From Podarcis pityusensis (taxonomy: Eukaryota), in assembly GCA_964106645.2 (NCBI GenBank), contig OZ067047.1: a stretch of 64,000 nucleotides of DNA; one strand, 5' to 3'. The notes beneath the pieces are model-generated. The model saw only the letters and a list, made by a program, of their open reading frames with translations, had not been told where the DNA came from and did no database searches. The translations under genes were made by a program, and so were the position numbers. Shown piece after piece: positions 1 through 12,143 of this stretch (its first letter is position 1; each line of letters begins with the position of its first letter).

Positions 1-1775
1 TTCTTCAGATATACTGAATGCATAGTTTGGAAATACATGAAGAAACTAGACACAATCCTGCAGTTTATATTCACTCTCTCCTTCCTTAATACACCACTTA
101 CTCCTAGGTTCTTGACAAACAATTGTGGAGACTGACTAACTGGTCTGCCACAATCCTCTCGATTAACACTAGCTCCTGTCAGACAAGAACTCCAACACTT
201 GCAGATTAATTTTTAGCCAGGCAGGGGGCAGCTACCACAACTTGTCTGTTTTGAATAATGTAGTATGAAAAATTATTTGGTTGTCAAATAATTGGTTGTC
301 AAAAGTATACAATAATCCTAGATTCAAAATCAAAAGATTAATTCAAATAAAGGATGGGCATGAGGGAAAAGATAGCATAAAAAAGAAACAAAAAACCTCA
401 CACTAAGTTAGAAAATCTTAAATAACAATTTCAAAGGCACTTGTGAGGAAGCAAGGATCACCCATTATGTTTAGCAGATTTCAAATTTTCATATAAAGTA
501 GTTTTTATTTTAACCACGTGGAATTAGGGGAGGTGGATCTTCCATTCATTGTAGGGACATGTGAGGTTGGGTACACTTCTAGTAACAAGCTTTTGAATGC
601 AGAGGAGCAGCCAGGGAAATGGGCCACTGGTACCTTTCAACAAACCCCAGAAGGCTGACATAAAAGGTGAGAGTAGGGAGAAATTTCCAATCTACACCTG
701 GTAGAAAACCACCAAGAGTATTTCTAGCCTGTGTGCATGAAGGATACTTGAAAGGTAATTGCTTTGGTTACATAAACAAATATATTTAACTGAATATGAA
801 TTTAGGCTTTATTCTGAAAATATTTTAAGACCTTGACCTTGTCAAAAGAAACTCCGACTATCTTTCAAAGGAAGTCTTTCATCAACTGTCCCCTACACAT
901 CTTAACAACATGCAAGGAGTATTTGCAAGATGTAGATCTTAGTATTAAAAAATATACCCTGCGGCAACAAATTTTATAACCAAATTGTGTATTATGAAGA
1001 AATACTTCATTAGATATGTGTTGGATCTACTGCCACTGGATTCAAGTGGATTTAACCAAATTGAAATGCAGCGAGAAAGGGAATAGTTTCTCTTCAGTTT
1101 TTCCATACTGTTTATAATTTTATAAGTCTTAAAATCTAGAGTCTAAATATTCAACCATATGTCACACAACAGTTTGACAAACTTCCAGGAATATTTGCTG
1201 AGTAAGTGTCTAACTATTCCTGGTACCCAATACATCCAACAATTTCCACGTTACAAAGATATAAATCTTCTGCTCACTTCCTTACAGAGAACACTCGCAA
1301 AGAATCCTAGAATTATACTGGATTGAGCTGGAATAGTGAACTGATGGGAAAGGACTGGATGCTCTCCCCCCACTTCACTGTTCTCTTATGCCAGCGGTGT
1401 CCAAGCTTTTTTCAAAGAGGGCCAGATGAGGGCCGACCAAAGAGCCAACCACAGTTGTTGAGCTTTTTTAAGGACTGAAGTTGCTGGGCTTTTTTTTTAT
1501 GAGGTTGAAGTTGTTGAGACCGTCGGCCCAGATTAGGCCCCCAAGACGGACTCTGGACATGCCTGTTAACATAGCTGCAATGTGGATACAAAATCTGAAA
1601 CAGGAAAATCACTTTTCCATGTTCCATGGTGCTACTTGGAACTGAATATACTGACTCTAGATCAATAGAATAATTTGTCTCAAGTTCAAGACTGCCAAGG
1701 GAAATTCTCTGAAAAACATTCATTAAAACAATTGTATCTACCCTCCCCTTGCAGAATTCTCTTTAGATTACTAAC

Positions 1776-2444
1776 CTGGTTTTCTTCCTGTACAACTCGA
1801 TACTGTTCTTTCCAAATAGTTATTTTGGATGCCTCATCTTTCCTCAGGGCTCTTTCCTTCTTGAGTTCAGGACTCCAGAACGTCTTGATACTGTTCATGG
1901 AGGAGCTAAGTTTACTTTCTTTCACCTCTACATCCTTGCGTAGTAAATCATTTTCCCGCAACACTTCCTTGAGCTGCGTCTGCAGGTCCATTATAGTGTT
2001 GTCCCTCGCCTGGCGCAGTGAATGAGGCACTGTGGATGCCATGCTGACAGGAGGAAGATGATGCTCTCCAAATGCTATAGTATCACTGGCAACCCCACTA
2101 CTGGCAATGTTGGGGCTGCTGCCCATAGCAGTCATCCTAACACCGTAAGGCAGACGCCCCCCAGATCGTCCAAGAGTCATGGTGCTTTTAGGCGTGTCTG
2201 CACCCACGTTCTCATGGTCACTTAGGTACATAGGGCCCGAAGTGGCATAGGCAGCATTTAAGGATTGGATATTTTCCATAGAAAGAGTTTTGCCACTGCC
2301 ACCCCCAGTACTACTTCCAGAACTGCCACCTGTGCTGTTGGTTCGACGATGGCCCAGCCGTGGCGATCGTGGCAGCCTTGGTGAACGCCCAGGACTCTGG
2401 CTACTTGGCTCAATTTTACCAACTGACCGAGCACTTCCATACAT
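1776..2444 (-). CDS. ERC1: ERC1 (ELKS/RAB6IP2) first coding exon, 223 codons; gene continues beyond the left window edge
   Basis: Translation MYGSARSVGKIEPSSQSPGRSPRLPRSPRLGHRRTNSTGG...KEQYRVVQEENQ is recognisably the ERC1 N-terminus. Donor CAG|GTTAGT at 1776/1775. Acceptor ttctcttacag| gives exon start 2595, with a 151-nt 5'UTR portion. Confidence 0.97.
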
Positions 2445-5400
2445 GATTGAATTTATGATACAAGGTAACCAGGTAAGGACGAGTTCCTCTGAAGTTTCTT
2501 GACTATAGTTTCTAGTCTACTTAAGGCCGATCACTGTTTATAGTAGGTACAAGTTTTCATTTCTGAATACATAGTTTCTTGGAGCTGATCATCATCTGTA
2601 AGAGAAAGAAAGATATTCAGTTTCCATTCTATAACAAGTGTTGGTTCCTTATTTTCTGTGAAGATTTAAACATGCAAATGGAAAAATGTCTCTCTGGTAC
2701 TTCTGATTGCCCTTTCTGTTCATGCTCAACAATATGTTCAGGCTTCAAATTATGTGTTTGCCCCTTTGCAGTTGTGTGGTGGAATGTTACAGGGCACCAT
2801 CTTATTCCAAGTGCTCTTTAATATCTATATGAAACTTCCGGGAGTGGTCATTAGGAGAATTGGGGCACCATGTCATGCCTCAGGAGAGATTGTGACCTGA
2901 ATGCAATGGTGAGCTGGATGAGGACCAACAAACAGACTGAATCCTGGTGAAGGAGAGAATCGATGGGTGAGCAGCTCCCAGGTCTGCTGGTTCACCAGTT
3001 CTGGACAGAACTGCACATGTTTCTTCAAAGAAACAGGTGCATAGTTTGGGGGTACTCCTAGATCCTTCTGGTGGCAAGGAATGCTTATTGGTATACCAAC
3101 TATGCCCTTTCCTTACTACAGTTTTTATTTATTTTAAATTTATAACCTGCCCTCCTGCCTAAAGGAGCCCATGAACAGTCATAGGCAAAAAGGTTAACAT
3201 TATCCCTGCTAGTTGAAGGGAAATCTAGTATAACAAGTGGGATGGACTTACTCTTCAGCAGGTCTATAAAACATAATGCCCAGAATCTTAATAGATTCCC
3301 TGGGGTTCCCAATGCAGTCACACCTACCACACTGGTCATTACAACATAATCAAGGCAAGGAAGCAATGCTCTTAAAAGGGAAAAGGGCTGAGCTACCAAT
3401 AGTTGCAAGTGCATTCTTTGACATTAGCCTCTCCCTTAAATTAGCAGCCAGGGTAAAAAGGTGTGGGGTGTGCAGTCTGTCTGACAGGCAGAGAAGGGTG
3501 TGGAATGGGTGGTAGTTGCTTAAGAAGCAGACATGGGTGACAGACATTTAGGCAAATAGGATGTAGGGGAAATAAGTTTGGGATGCAAGGGGGTTTGGGA
3601 GTGCAGGTAGGGCACCCCCCAGTGAATTAAGTTTGATAACTATGGGTCACACTGAGCTATGCAATCCCTGATTGTTTGGGCTTCCAATGTGTTGTGCTGG
3701 TGCCCTTGATGAGTTAACCAGTAGTGACTGCAAATCCACTTCGGCCCAGCCATGTCTTTACCTGCCCGACACCTGATGGGGTGGCCTCACTTAAAACACC
3801 TCACAAACCAAATAGAGAGGGCTGGTAGGCCTGATTCAGCTCATGGGTTGGAGATCTTCCTATCCCAAGAACAGGACATGGGAAAGTGGTTTAGCTTAGA
3901 AAGAGCTAGGAGTCACAGGGTATGCTCTGACTGCAAAGGGACAATTATGTTGGTAAATGGATTTTGGCAGACAAGATATGGATGAGTGGTATGCTAGAAT
4001 TGGATGACAAGGGTCTCTATACTGACCCTTTCCACCATCAAAATCAGTTATTTTTCTGTGAAGAATTATGTCTGACATTTGTTGAAAGATGGCTGAAAAA
4101 GTGTGGAAGAGTTCATCACAAGGTCAGAACATCTGTTGACTGGGAAGAAAGGAATGACACTGATTGCATTGTCTCCAGGTACAGACAGACTGACGACTGA
4201 CTGTTAAACCAATTAATAAGAAAACTACCAGGTATTCAGAATAGTAGTAAAAATTTATCAGTATCACAGTGTTCCACTAAAATTGAGAACATCACCAACT
4301 TCCTCTGGAAGTTCACCATACTTCCCCAGATTTTGTGTGGTAAAACTCGAGTTGTGCATGCTTTATACCAAGGATGTGGGGAGGGGGAAAGCATGTGGGG
4401 AAAGAGCAGGAGACCCCAAAAAGCCATATAGGCTCCTACTGCTTCAAGGAATTTAAAAAGGAAATTCAGTATTTCCATAATCTATCCTATTTTTAAAATC
4501 AGTGGCAAAAAATTAATAATGAATCACATCCTGACAGCAGCAACAAAACGAGTGGTGGGTGCCATACCATCTGCCATGATGAAATGGGGGTTGGGTGGGA
4601 TCCCTAAATATATAATTACGTAAGAGAATGAAAAATTATTCCATAGCAAAAAAAGGGAGAAAAAAAATCTGGGACAACCATTTAGGTCCTCCCATCAGAT
4701 CTGTAATATAATAGGGATGAAATTTTGATCGCTGCTTAAATGAATTGGCCCAATTCAGTAAAACTGACCATTACAATAGGCAATACAATTCCAAATCTTT
4801 TCTTTTAAAAAACCCAAAAAAACCCCACCAAAAACTACACAGCAAGGATATAGACCAGGGAGAGGTGGGGAAGCCTTTTGGCTCAACAGGCCAGATCTTA
4901 ATCAGTCCCCATTGCTGCCAAACATCTGTGACAGGTAGGCTGGAATGCGCTCAGTTCAAGCTCCAATAATCTACAGTGGCTGGCTACACGTCTGAGTTCC
5001 TCATGGGGAACTCAGTGCAACTGACCTAGCTGGCTTGCTCTCACTGCAAATCAGCAATGTCGCAATTCGAAGCACACTTTAAGGTTTACAGTCACACACT
5101 GGCAGCCACACCTCCACAAATTCCTCGCTGGACATCATAGATGAAAGGAGGTAGATGTGGTTTGGGGGAAACAGCCTCACAAGCCAAACTGGGAACTCTG
5201 TTGGGTCAGATTTAGACTGCCATTACAATTCTTTATCTGCCTGATCAGAATGAAGTCTCAATATCCCATTGAGTTCAATGGGGCTTACATCCAGATAAGT
5301 GTGTAGAAGAATGGGGTCTAAGTTAGTGTTACTGAAATCAATGGGGCAAGCTAGTCATGACTTAAGCCCCACTGAGCCACATCACTTTTACTTTTGTCAC

Positions 5401-6538
5401 CACAGCTATATATTTCAACTGCCATAAAACAAAATAAGAGAGGTCATACCAACTTCTTAAGATCCACAAAACTAAATTAAAGTAGGGTTTTTTGGTTGTT
5501 GTTTTTTAATTCTTCCCTTGGATATATGTTGCAACAACATTTATAGAGTTGCTACATTTTGGTTCACATCATTCCAGGTCTCCCTACTTTACCAAGTATA
5601 CACAGTGTTTGGAAGTTACAAGACTGCTACGTAAACTAGCTGAAACATAAGAATCTCTGCCCTCCTAACAATATATTTAAAGATGGAGAAGAAAAACATG
5701 GAACTACAGTCAGACATGGAACTGCCAACCCTGATAGAGGTGTTAGGAAGTGAGAGGATACAGTTCCTGCACAGAAATGCAAGTGTGACCTTTGCAATGC
5801 ACACCACTTATTTAAATTCCAGGGCATGGTAACAGGTCCTTTAAACTGTCCTTCCAAATCCCAGTATCCACAGACCATAGAAAACAACTCTGAATGTCAG
5901 AACTATAGACAGAGTCACAACATTTTTTTAAAAAAATAAACCACCCTTGTAGTTTCCGAGAGAAAGCAGATTCACATGATATACAGTACTCTTCAACGGT
6001 TGATATGAGGAAGCAGACGGATTGGCAACTGCCCGTGTGCTGATAGATGTTCTACACATAAACTTACCACTGTAAGACAATGATAGGGACCAAATATATA
6101 CCTCCAGGCCTCTCTGGTCCTCAGAACTCACAAGGCCATGTCCACTTATGGCTTGTTCTTTGCCCTCCTTTAGAGTAGCAGAAATGTGACCTGAAACTAG
6201 CATAATACCTCTTGCTTGTTACCCCTGACACAAGGCCCTTTGGCTGAAAGAAATCAGCACCCTGCTGTAAGACCTACAGAGCCATTTTTCCTCAAAGCTT
6301 AGCTCATTTTTCCCTGCAAAATAGCTTGACCTTCAATAAATTATCAGATTAAAACATCCCACAAAGCTTTCTATTTTCCCTCATGAGAAGAAATCAGAAG
6401 CTATCTCACTTGTCTTCCTTCTAAACCTTTACCAAATACTTACTGTATTTACTACTTATAGGAAGCAAAGCTATTCAGGGACTGTTATGGCTGGGAACTT
6501 TTAATGTTTAGAAAGAGACTTGTGGGCAAATGGGCAAG

Positions 6539-6540
<2 letters not shown>

Positions 6541-6582
<42 letters not shown>
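6541..6582. repeat. (CAA)14 microsatellite
   Basis: Direct inspection. Confidence 0.97.
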
Positions 6583-6865
6583 AATGCTAGTGACCCTATC
6601 AGCATTTTCCGAAATATACAGGAGTAGCCAACATGGTGCCCTCCAGATATTGTCAGACTACAACCCCGATCAGCCCCAAGCAACATGGTCAATGATCAGG
6701 AATGAATGGGTATTGTAGTCCAATAACTAGAGGACACCACACTGGTTACCCCATTATATGCTTTTAAACCTGGAGCAGTTGCTGTGGGCATCATGCAGTA
6801 GCTTCTTTCAATGCTCCATTCAAATGCATGCATAATTCCCACTTTTAAAAGCCACACTACTTGCA

Positions 6866-7083
6866 AGCAGTTCAAAAGCACGTCAAAGTGCAAGTAGATA
6901 AATAGGTACCGCTCTGGTGGGAAGGTAAACAGCGTTTCCGTGCATTTGCCAGAAGCAGCTTAGTTATGCTGGCCACATGACCTGGAAGCTGTACACCGGC
7001 TCCCTCGGCCAATAAAGCGAGATGAGCACCGCAACCCCAGAGTCGGCCACGACTGGACCTAATGGTCAGGGGTCCCTTTACCT
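6866..7083 (+). mobile_element. Sauria SINE, 5'-truncated
   Basis: Near-identical to the 3' part of the copy at 63352; TSD TACTTGCAAGCAGT at 6858-6871 and 7084-7097. Confidence 0.92.
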
Positions 7084-9779
7084 TACTTGCAAGCAGTATG
7101 ATTTTCTTCAACTCTCCCCAGATTTCCCACTCCTTCACACACACTTCACTGATTTATGCTATGCAACTGGGATAAGTTTTTTAAGGAAACAAAATCAAAT
7201 CATTAGAATCAGAGCTGGTAGAGGAGCAGTCTCCAGTCAAAAGATCATATCAGATGCAAACTACAGGAAACAGACAAAGCTGCCTTATATAGCTGATCTA
7301 TCTAGATCAGTATTGTCTACATGGACTAGCAGTGGCCCCCTAGGATTTCAGATGGTGATATTGATGGGTGCTGCTGTGGACTGAACCTGGAGCACCACTC
7401 TACATGAAAACCAGGTGCTCTACCACTAAGCTACCATCCTATTTAGAGAGGCCTAGCCCCATTGCACACCCAACAGTTTTGGATTATACATGAGGATCAA
7501 TTGTGGATAGCACTGGCCTAAGTTACAGAGTTTGTGCAAGGATTAAATCCTCATTCCCTCAAAGCGCATCACAAAATACTATCAGTCTTGTGCTCATTAT
7601 TCAAACGTTCTGTGCACCTCCTGGAGTGGAGCTAGGAACACATTTGCATCAGCTCTAGATAACATGCCTGCCTTAAATCAGCCTTTGCCAATGTGATGCC
7701 CTCCAGATGTTTTTGACAACTCTGGTTGACCCCAGCCAGCCCAGCTGGTGAAGGTTGACTTATACTATCCATCAGATGTTAGGTACATGAACTTAGGGCT
7801 TGATGCTTGGAAAAAGGATTCTGACTTTCCTAACTCCTGAAACTGGTATTTGCTTGCTCTCAGGATGTGCACAAAAATACCATCTTAATTATGCCACTGT
7901 CAGCTTGTTCTTAAACACAATCAGGCAAGGCGTATTCAAACTAGACCTGTCACTTGATTCTTCTTTCCAGAGGCATTCTTGCTTCTTACTCACTATTTAA
8001 AAAATGGATTGCTGTGGGTGGAGAAGTCAAGTCTGTGTTGTGTAATGGATGAACATGCCTAAAAGCAAAGCACATCCCTGCAAAGCAATAACCAGACAAA
8101 AATAACAAAATACCAAAACCAGCACCGGAGAGGCTATCAGTGCATGTACCTTTATCAATTCCTAGCAGATACAAACTGAATGAACAGTATAATACTAATA
8201 TACCAAAAATCACATTTAGGATGAGGAACACCAATGACATTATGACATAGGAGGGGAAAAATAAGCCACCCCTCCCTGTACTGACAGAACTCTGTACATG
8301 GGTTTCTCTGGCTCCCAAAGTCCAGAATATAACAGTTTTGCCCATTTATTATCTTTTTAAAAAATTTTAAATGTGTTTGTTGCTGTAGATGACTTTTTAA
8401 CACCATGCTATTATTTTATTGGATGTTTAATTTTAAAAAATTAACACCTCTAATATTTTTTGCACTCTAGACTTCAGCCTCTAGAAATGTTTAGGCACCA
8501 CAGTGTCTTCTATCATGAATAATCAAAACTAGTAATGTCCTTATGTTCTCTGCAAGATACAATCAATACAACTTTACAGAAAAATGGATTTGTGGTAAAA
8601 ATATTTATGGCTTCATCACTCAAAAGCAGGGGCAGGAAATCATATCAAACCAACAGCTAAAACATTTTGGAATTTAAATTTAAAAATGTTATGTGCTATA
8701 CAAAAGCAAATTTTTTTTTGTTCAGCAAACCATTAATAAATCAATAAAATATCAAAATGTTGTTTGCCAAAGGAAACACACTATATTTTTTTCCTAAAAA
8801 CTATTCTAAATAGTTAAGTTATACCAGAGAAACATGCTATATTGACAACATCTAACTCAGTCTGTGCAAAATCAAAGTGTTGAAGTCTCTTTTGAGATTG
8901 CACTGACTGTAATTCTGCTTCATTTTAAAATGGCCCATTTAAAATACTCAGAAGCAGTTCATGTACAGCACAAAAATGATCTCAAGTGACAAGTTATGCC
9001 AAATTCTAGGCAATACTTCTTAAACTGTATTATATGATGATTAGGACAAACCTTGCAGACTATACACTTTCCTAACCAAGGGTGAATATTTCTAAATATG
9101 TAAAACTGCCACATACTGAGGTAGGTTAATAATTCATCTAGCCAATCTATTTTCAATGGCAACAACTCATATACTTCAAAACAGATCTTTCCCAACCCAT
9201 CTGAGAATTTTCAAAACAAAACTGAAGATACTAGGGATCACCAATCCCAACCCCTGCAAGGAAATGCCATCTATTTCTGCTACCTCCACAGCATGAGCCC
9301 CATCCCATTATATTTGATGGAATTACCAGAACAAGGCAGAGTTTCACAATCCAATCAGAGTTAAAGACAAAATGGAATTATGAAAGATAAGCTACTGTTT
9401 AAAACTCTTGCTCATCTTATGCACAGGCTCCAGAAAATATTTTATTAGTACACCATTCCAGTAAAGGATAAATTTGCCACCATACCAGAGATTTTTGATT
9501 TTCAGGTCCTGTACCTTGATGCATTGCATGCCAAATTCCTCAAGAAGGCTGCTTGCTTGCCATTCTTGCAATGCTTTGAACCATCAGCCCCCTCAAGGAA
9601 ACAAAAAGCGAGCACCTTGTTACACTAATGGGCTGCCAGCCACAGAAAAAGATGATGCTCGCATCCACCCCAAGGTTAACAGTTGCTAACATGAGGCAGT
9701 GAATAAGAGAGACGGCTGTACATTTATCAAGCCACCTATCGAAGAGTAGCATCAGCTGTCAGGATGTGCAAAAGGGCTG

Positions 9780-11400
9780 CAGCGCCGGGCGAGAAGCCGC
9801 AACAATAGGTGCGCCCATGTCCGCAAATCCGTTTTGCTATCCTCCCCCTAACAAAAGAAAAAATTATTTCACTGGCTGTTGCCGACGAGGCTGACAGGTG
9901 GGGCTCGTCCACCTCCCCGCCGCCGCCTCATACTAACGGGGTGGGGTCGAGGGAGAGGCCACGGTTCTGAGCAAGGCAGGGAGCCTCGGCGGAGCCAGTT
10001 TAGGGTGGGGGGCGGGGAAGAGGAGGCATCCTGGATGGAGCACCTTTTCCCGGAACGTGGATGCCCGGCTCGTGTGGAGGGGACGGGCCTCTCCCTCCCG
10101 CTTCCGTGGAGCAGCTGATAGGCCCCGGGTCAAGGGGTGCCAACTATGACCACACGCCCGGCAGAGGCAGGCAGGCAGGCCCCACCCGACCTTCCCCCCT
10201 TCCCTCAGCGACACAGACCCTCATCTCGACCACTGTCGGCTTCACCTCACACGCCGCACACAGGCCCAGTTCTCTGACCTGCCTCCGGGTCGGCTGAGCT
10301 TCCCTGCCACAGTCTGTCAGCTGCTGTGGCGGCGGCGGCGGCACCAAGCAGGCTGGTCTTCCTCCGCCCGCTGCTCCCCTCACGGCTGGCGCTCCGGCTC
10401 CTCCTCACCCGAGCGAGCAGCTCCCCGCCCGCGCCCCCGGCGCGAGGCGAACACCAAGCCCCGCCTCTCCCCTGGCGCGAGCCCTGCCTCCCCTCGGTCT
10501 TCGCCGGCGCGCGCGACACGCTTAAGACCTCTTCTTCCCTCACACGCCCGCCTCACGCGACCATCGATGGGATCGATCGATTCACTCGTACTACACCCAG
10601 CATGCTCCGCTTACAAGCCTTCCTACTCGCCCCCTCCCCTCCCTCCGCCCGCCAACCACCACAAGCTCACCCGCTCACGACCCTCTTCTTGGCCCCTCCG
10701 CTCTCCGTAGCGCTTCGTGTCCCCGCCCACCTTCCCTGCCAGCCTTTCGGAAGCCAATCGCGTTAGTCGCGCGGCGGTCCCTCCCCCTGACCAATAGGCG
10801 CTCGCCTGCCCAATATCGTCCCCGCCTCCCCTCGCCAATCCACGCCGCCTCTTCCCAGACACGTCCCAGATTCCTGGTCGGCCCCCTGTCCCCCCCGCCT
10901 TCGCCACACACCACTGGCGGGGCAGCTCCAATTCTGACTCGCGCGGGCGCGCTACGTAGAGGCTCCTCCCACGGGCTCAGGGCGAGGTATTGCGCAAGCG
11001 CGGCCACCGCGGGCGGGAAGTTTGCCTTCGTTCGCTTGCCGTAGCGGCGCCCCTGACTGAAGGTTTGGCGCTGGGAGGAGGTTCTGCGGTGGCTGCCGTT
11101 GCCCGCCGTTCACGTGCAGGTAACTGGAGGGCGGAAGTCACCAAGTTGACACAATAGGGGGGGGTGTTGGGTCTCCCCGACTCCTTCACTGCGCGCCTTT
11201 GCCCTTCCCGGCCCCCCGTAAGAGGCTCTCTCTCCTGCCTTCTTTCTGTCTTAGACGCCCGAAATTGTAAAGCCGCGTTGATCAGGGCGAACCTTCGTTG
11301 GTGTTTCCGAGAGGAAAATCGTCTCATGGGGCCCCGGGAAATGTGGCCTCTTTGAGGGTGGGGTCGATTAATATTCGGCCCCGCCGCGAGTTTGTGGGGT
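9780..11400. promoter_or_regulatory. CpG island / bidirectional promoter for ERC1 (-) and RAD52 (+)
   Basis: Only large GC/CpG-rich block in the window, lying between head-to-head genes. Five CCAAT boxes (10754, 10791, 10810, 10835, 10928), GC boxes, E2F-like GGCGGGAA (11012-11019), E-box CACGTG (11111-11116), ETS-like GGCGGAAG (~11131). Boundaries approximate. Confidence 0.85.
11020..11119 (+). other. RAD52: Candidate non-coding exon 1 of RAD52 (5' end approximate)
   Basis: Good donor CAG|GTAACT at 11119/11120 just downstream of the CCAAT/E2F cluster. The first coding exon has only 2 nt before its ATG, so an upstream exon is required. Confidence 0.55.
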
Positions 11401-11982
11401 AGGGGGCTTAAGAGATAACCCTGCTCTGCAAGTCAATGCAAATACGTTTTTTTAAAAATTATATATTTATTTACAACCCGCCTTTTCCCCCCTGACAAGG
11501 ACTCAAAGCGGCTTGCAGATAAAATAGGAACAGTTAAAAACATTGGGGGAGGGAAATCATTAAAAAAACAATTAAGCATTATTATAATTCCTCCCCTCTA
11601 GCGAAGTTTACAACAATTATTAACAAACATATGCAACTCAACCGTATAAATCAATGTTAAAAACACAGATCTATAAGGAATATAACTCTCTCTCTCTAAT
11701 TTAAAAGTAGGTTTGTGGTAAGGAGAATGTCCAGAGTTATATATGGTTACAACCATTATGAAATTATCTCAGCTATGTGTTTATGCATAATGCAGTGGTT
11801 TGACTTCATCCCTGGAGGCACACTCCATTGTCTCTCCAGACAGACAGATGCCAACAACTATGCATTTAGCTGAAGCCTCCCAAGAGGGAATTATGTAATC
11901 TTAATTATTCTCATAGCTAGTCTGTAGTATTCCTACTACTTCAGTTTATGGTGGTATATTATTACTTGGTTTGTTTAACTCC

Positions 11983-12143
11983 GGCGTTTCCGTGTGCTGC
12001 TCTGGTTCGCCAGAAGCGGCTTAGTCATGCTGGCCACATGACCCGGAAGCTGTACGCCGGCTCCCTCGGCCAATAAAGCGAGATGAGTGCCGCAACCCCA
12101 GAGTCAGTCACGACTGGGCCTAATGGTCAGGGGTCCCTTTACA
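11983..12143 (+). mobile_element. Sauria SINE, 5'-truncated
   Basis: Same family; TSD TTGTTTAACTCC at 11971-11982 and 12144-12155. Confidence 0.92.

Noticed and set aside
1675-2502. Plus-strand ORFs over the ERC1 exon, and similar antisense ORFs over WNK1 exons 19 and 24
   Set aside because: Antisense shadows of real coding sequence.
2930-3070. Degenerate L2-like fragment
   Set aside because: Only short motifs resemble the 60-kb L2; too decayed to delimit.
6501-6718. Poly-Cys and poly-Asn ORFs
   Set aside because: Translations of the (CAA)n microsatellite.
10279-10680. Exact ERC1 exon 1 boundaries (candidate minus-strand donors near 10279, 10408 and 10670)
   Set aside because: Several plausible GT sites; cannot choose without transcript data.
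9879-11355. Many overlapping 60-146 aa ORFs in the CpG island
   Set aside because: Expected from stop-codon scarcity in GC-rich DNA; no recognisable protein.
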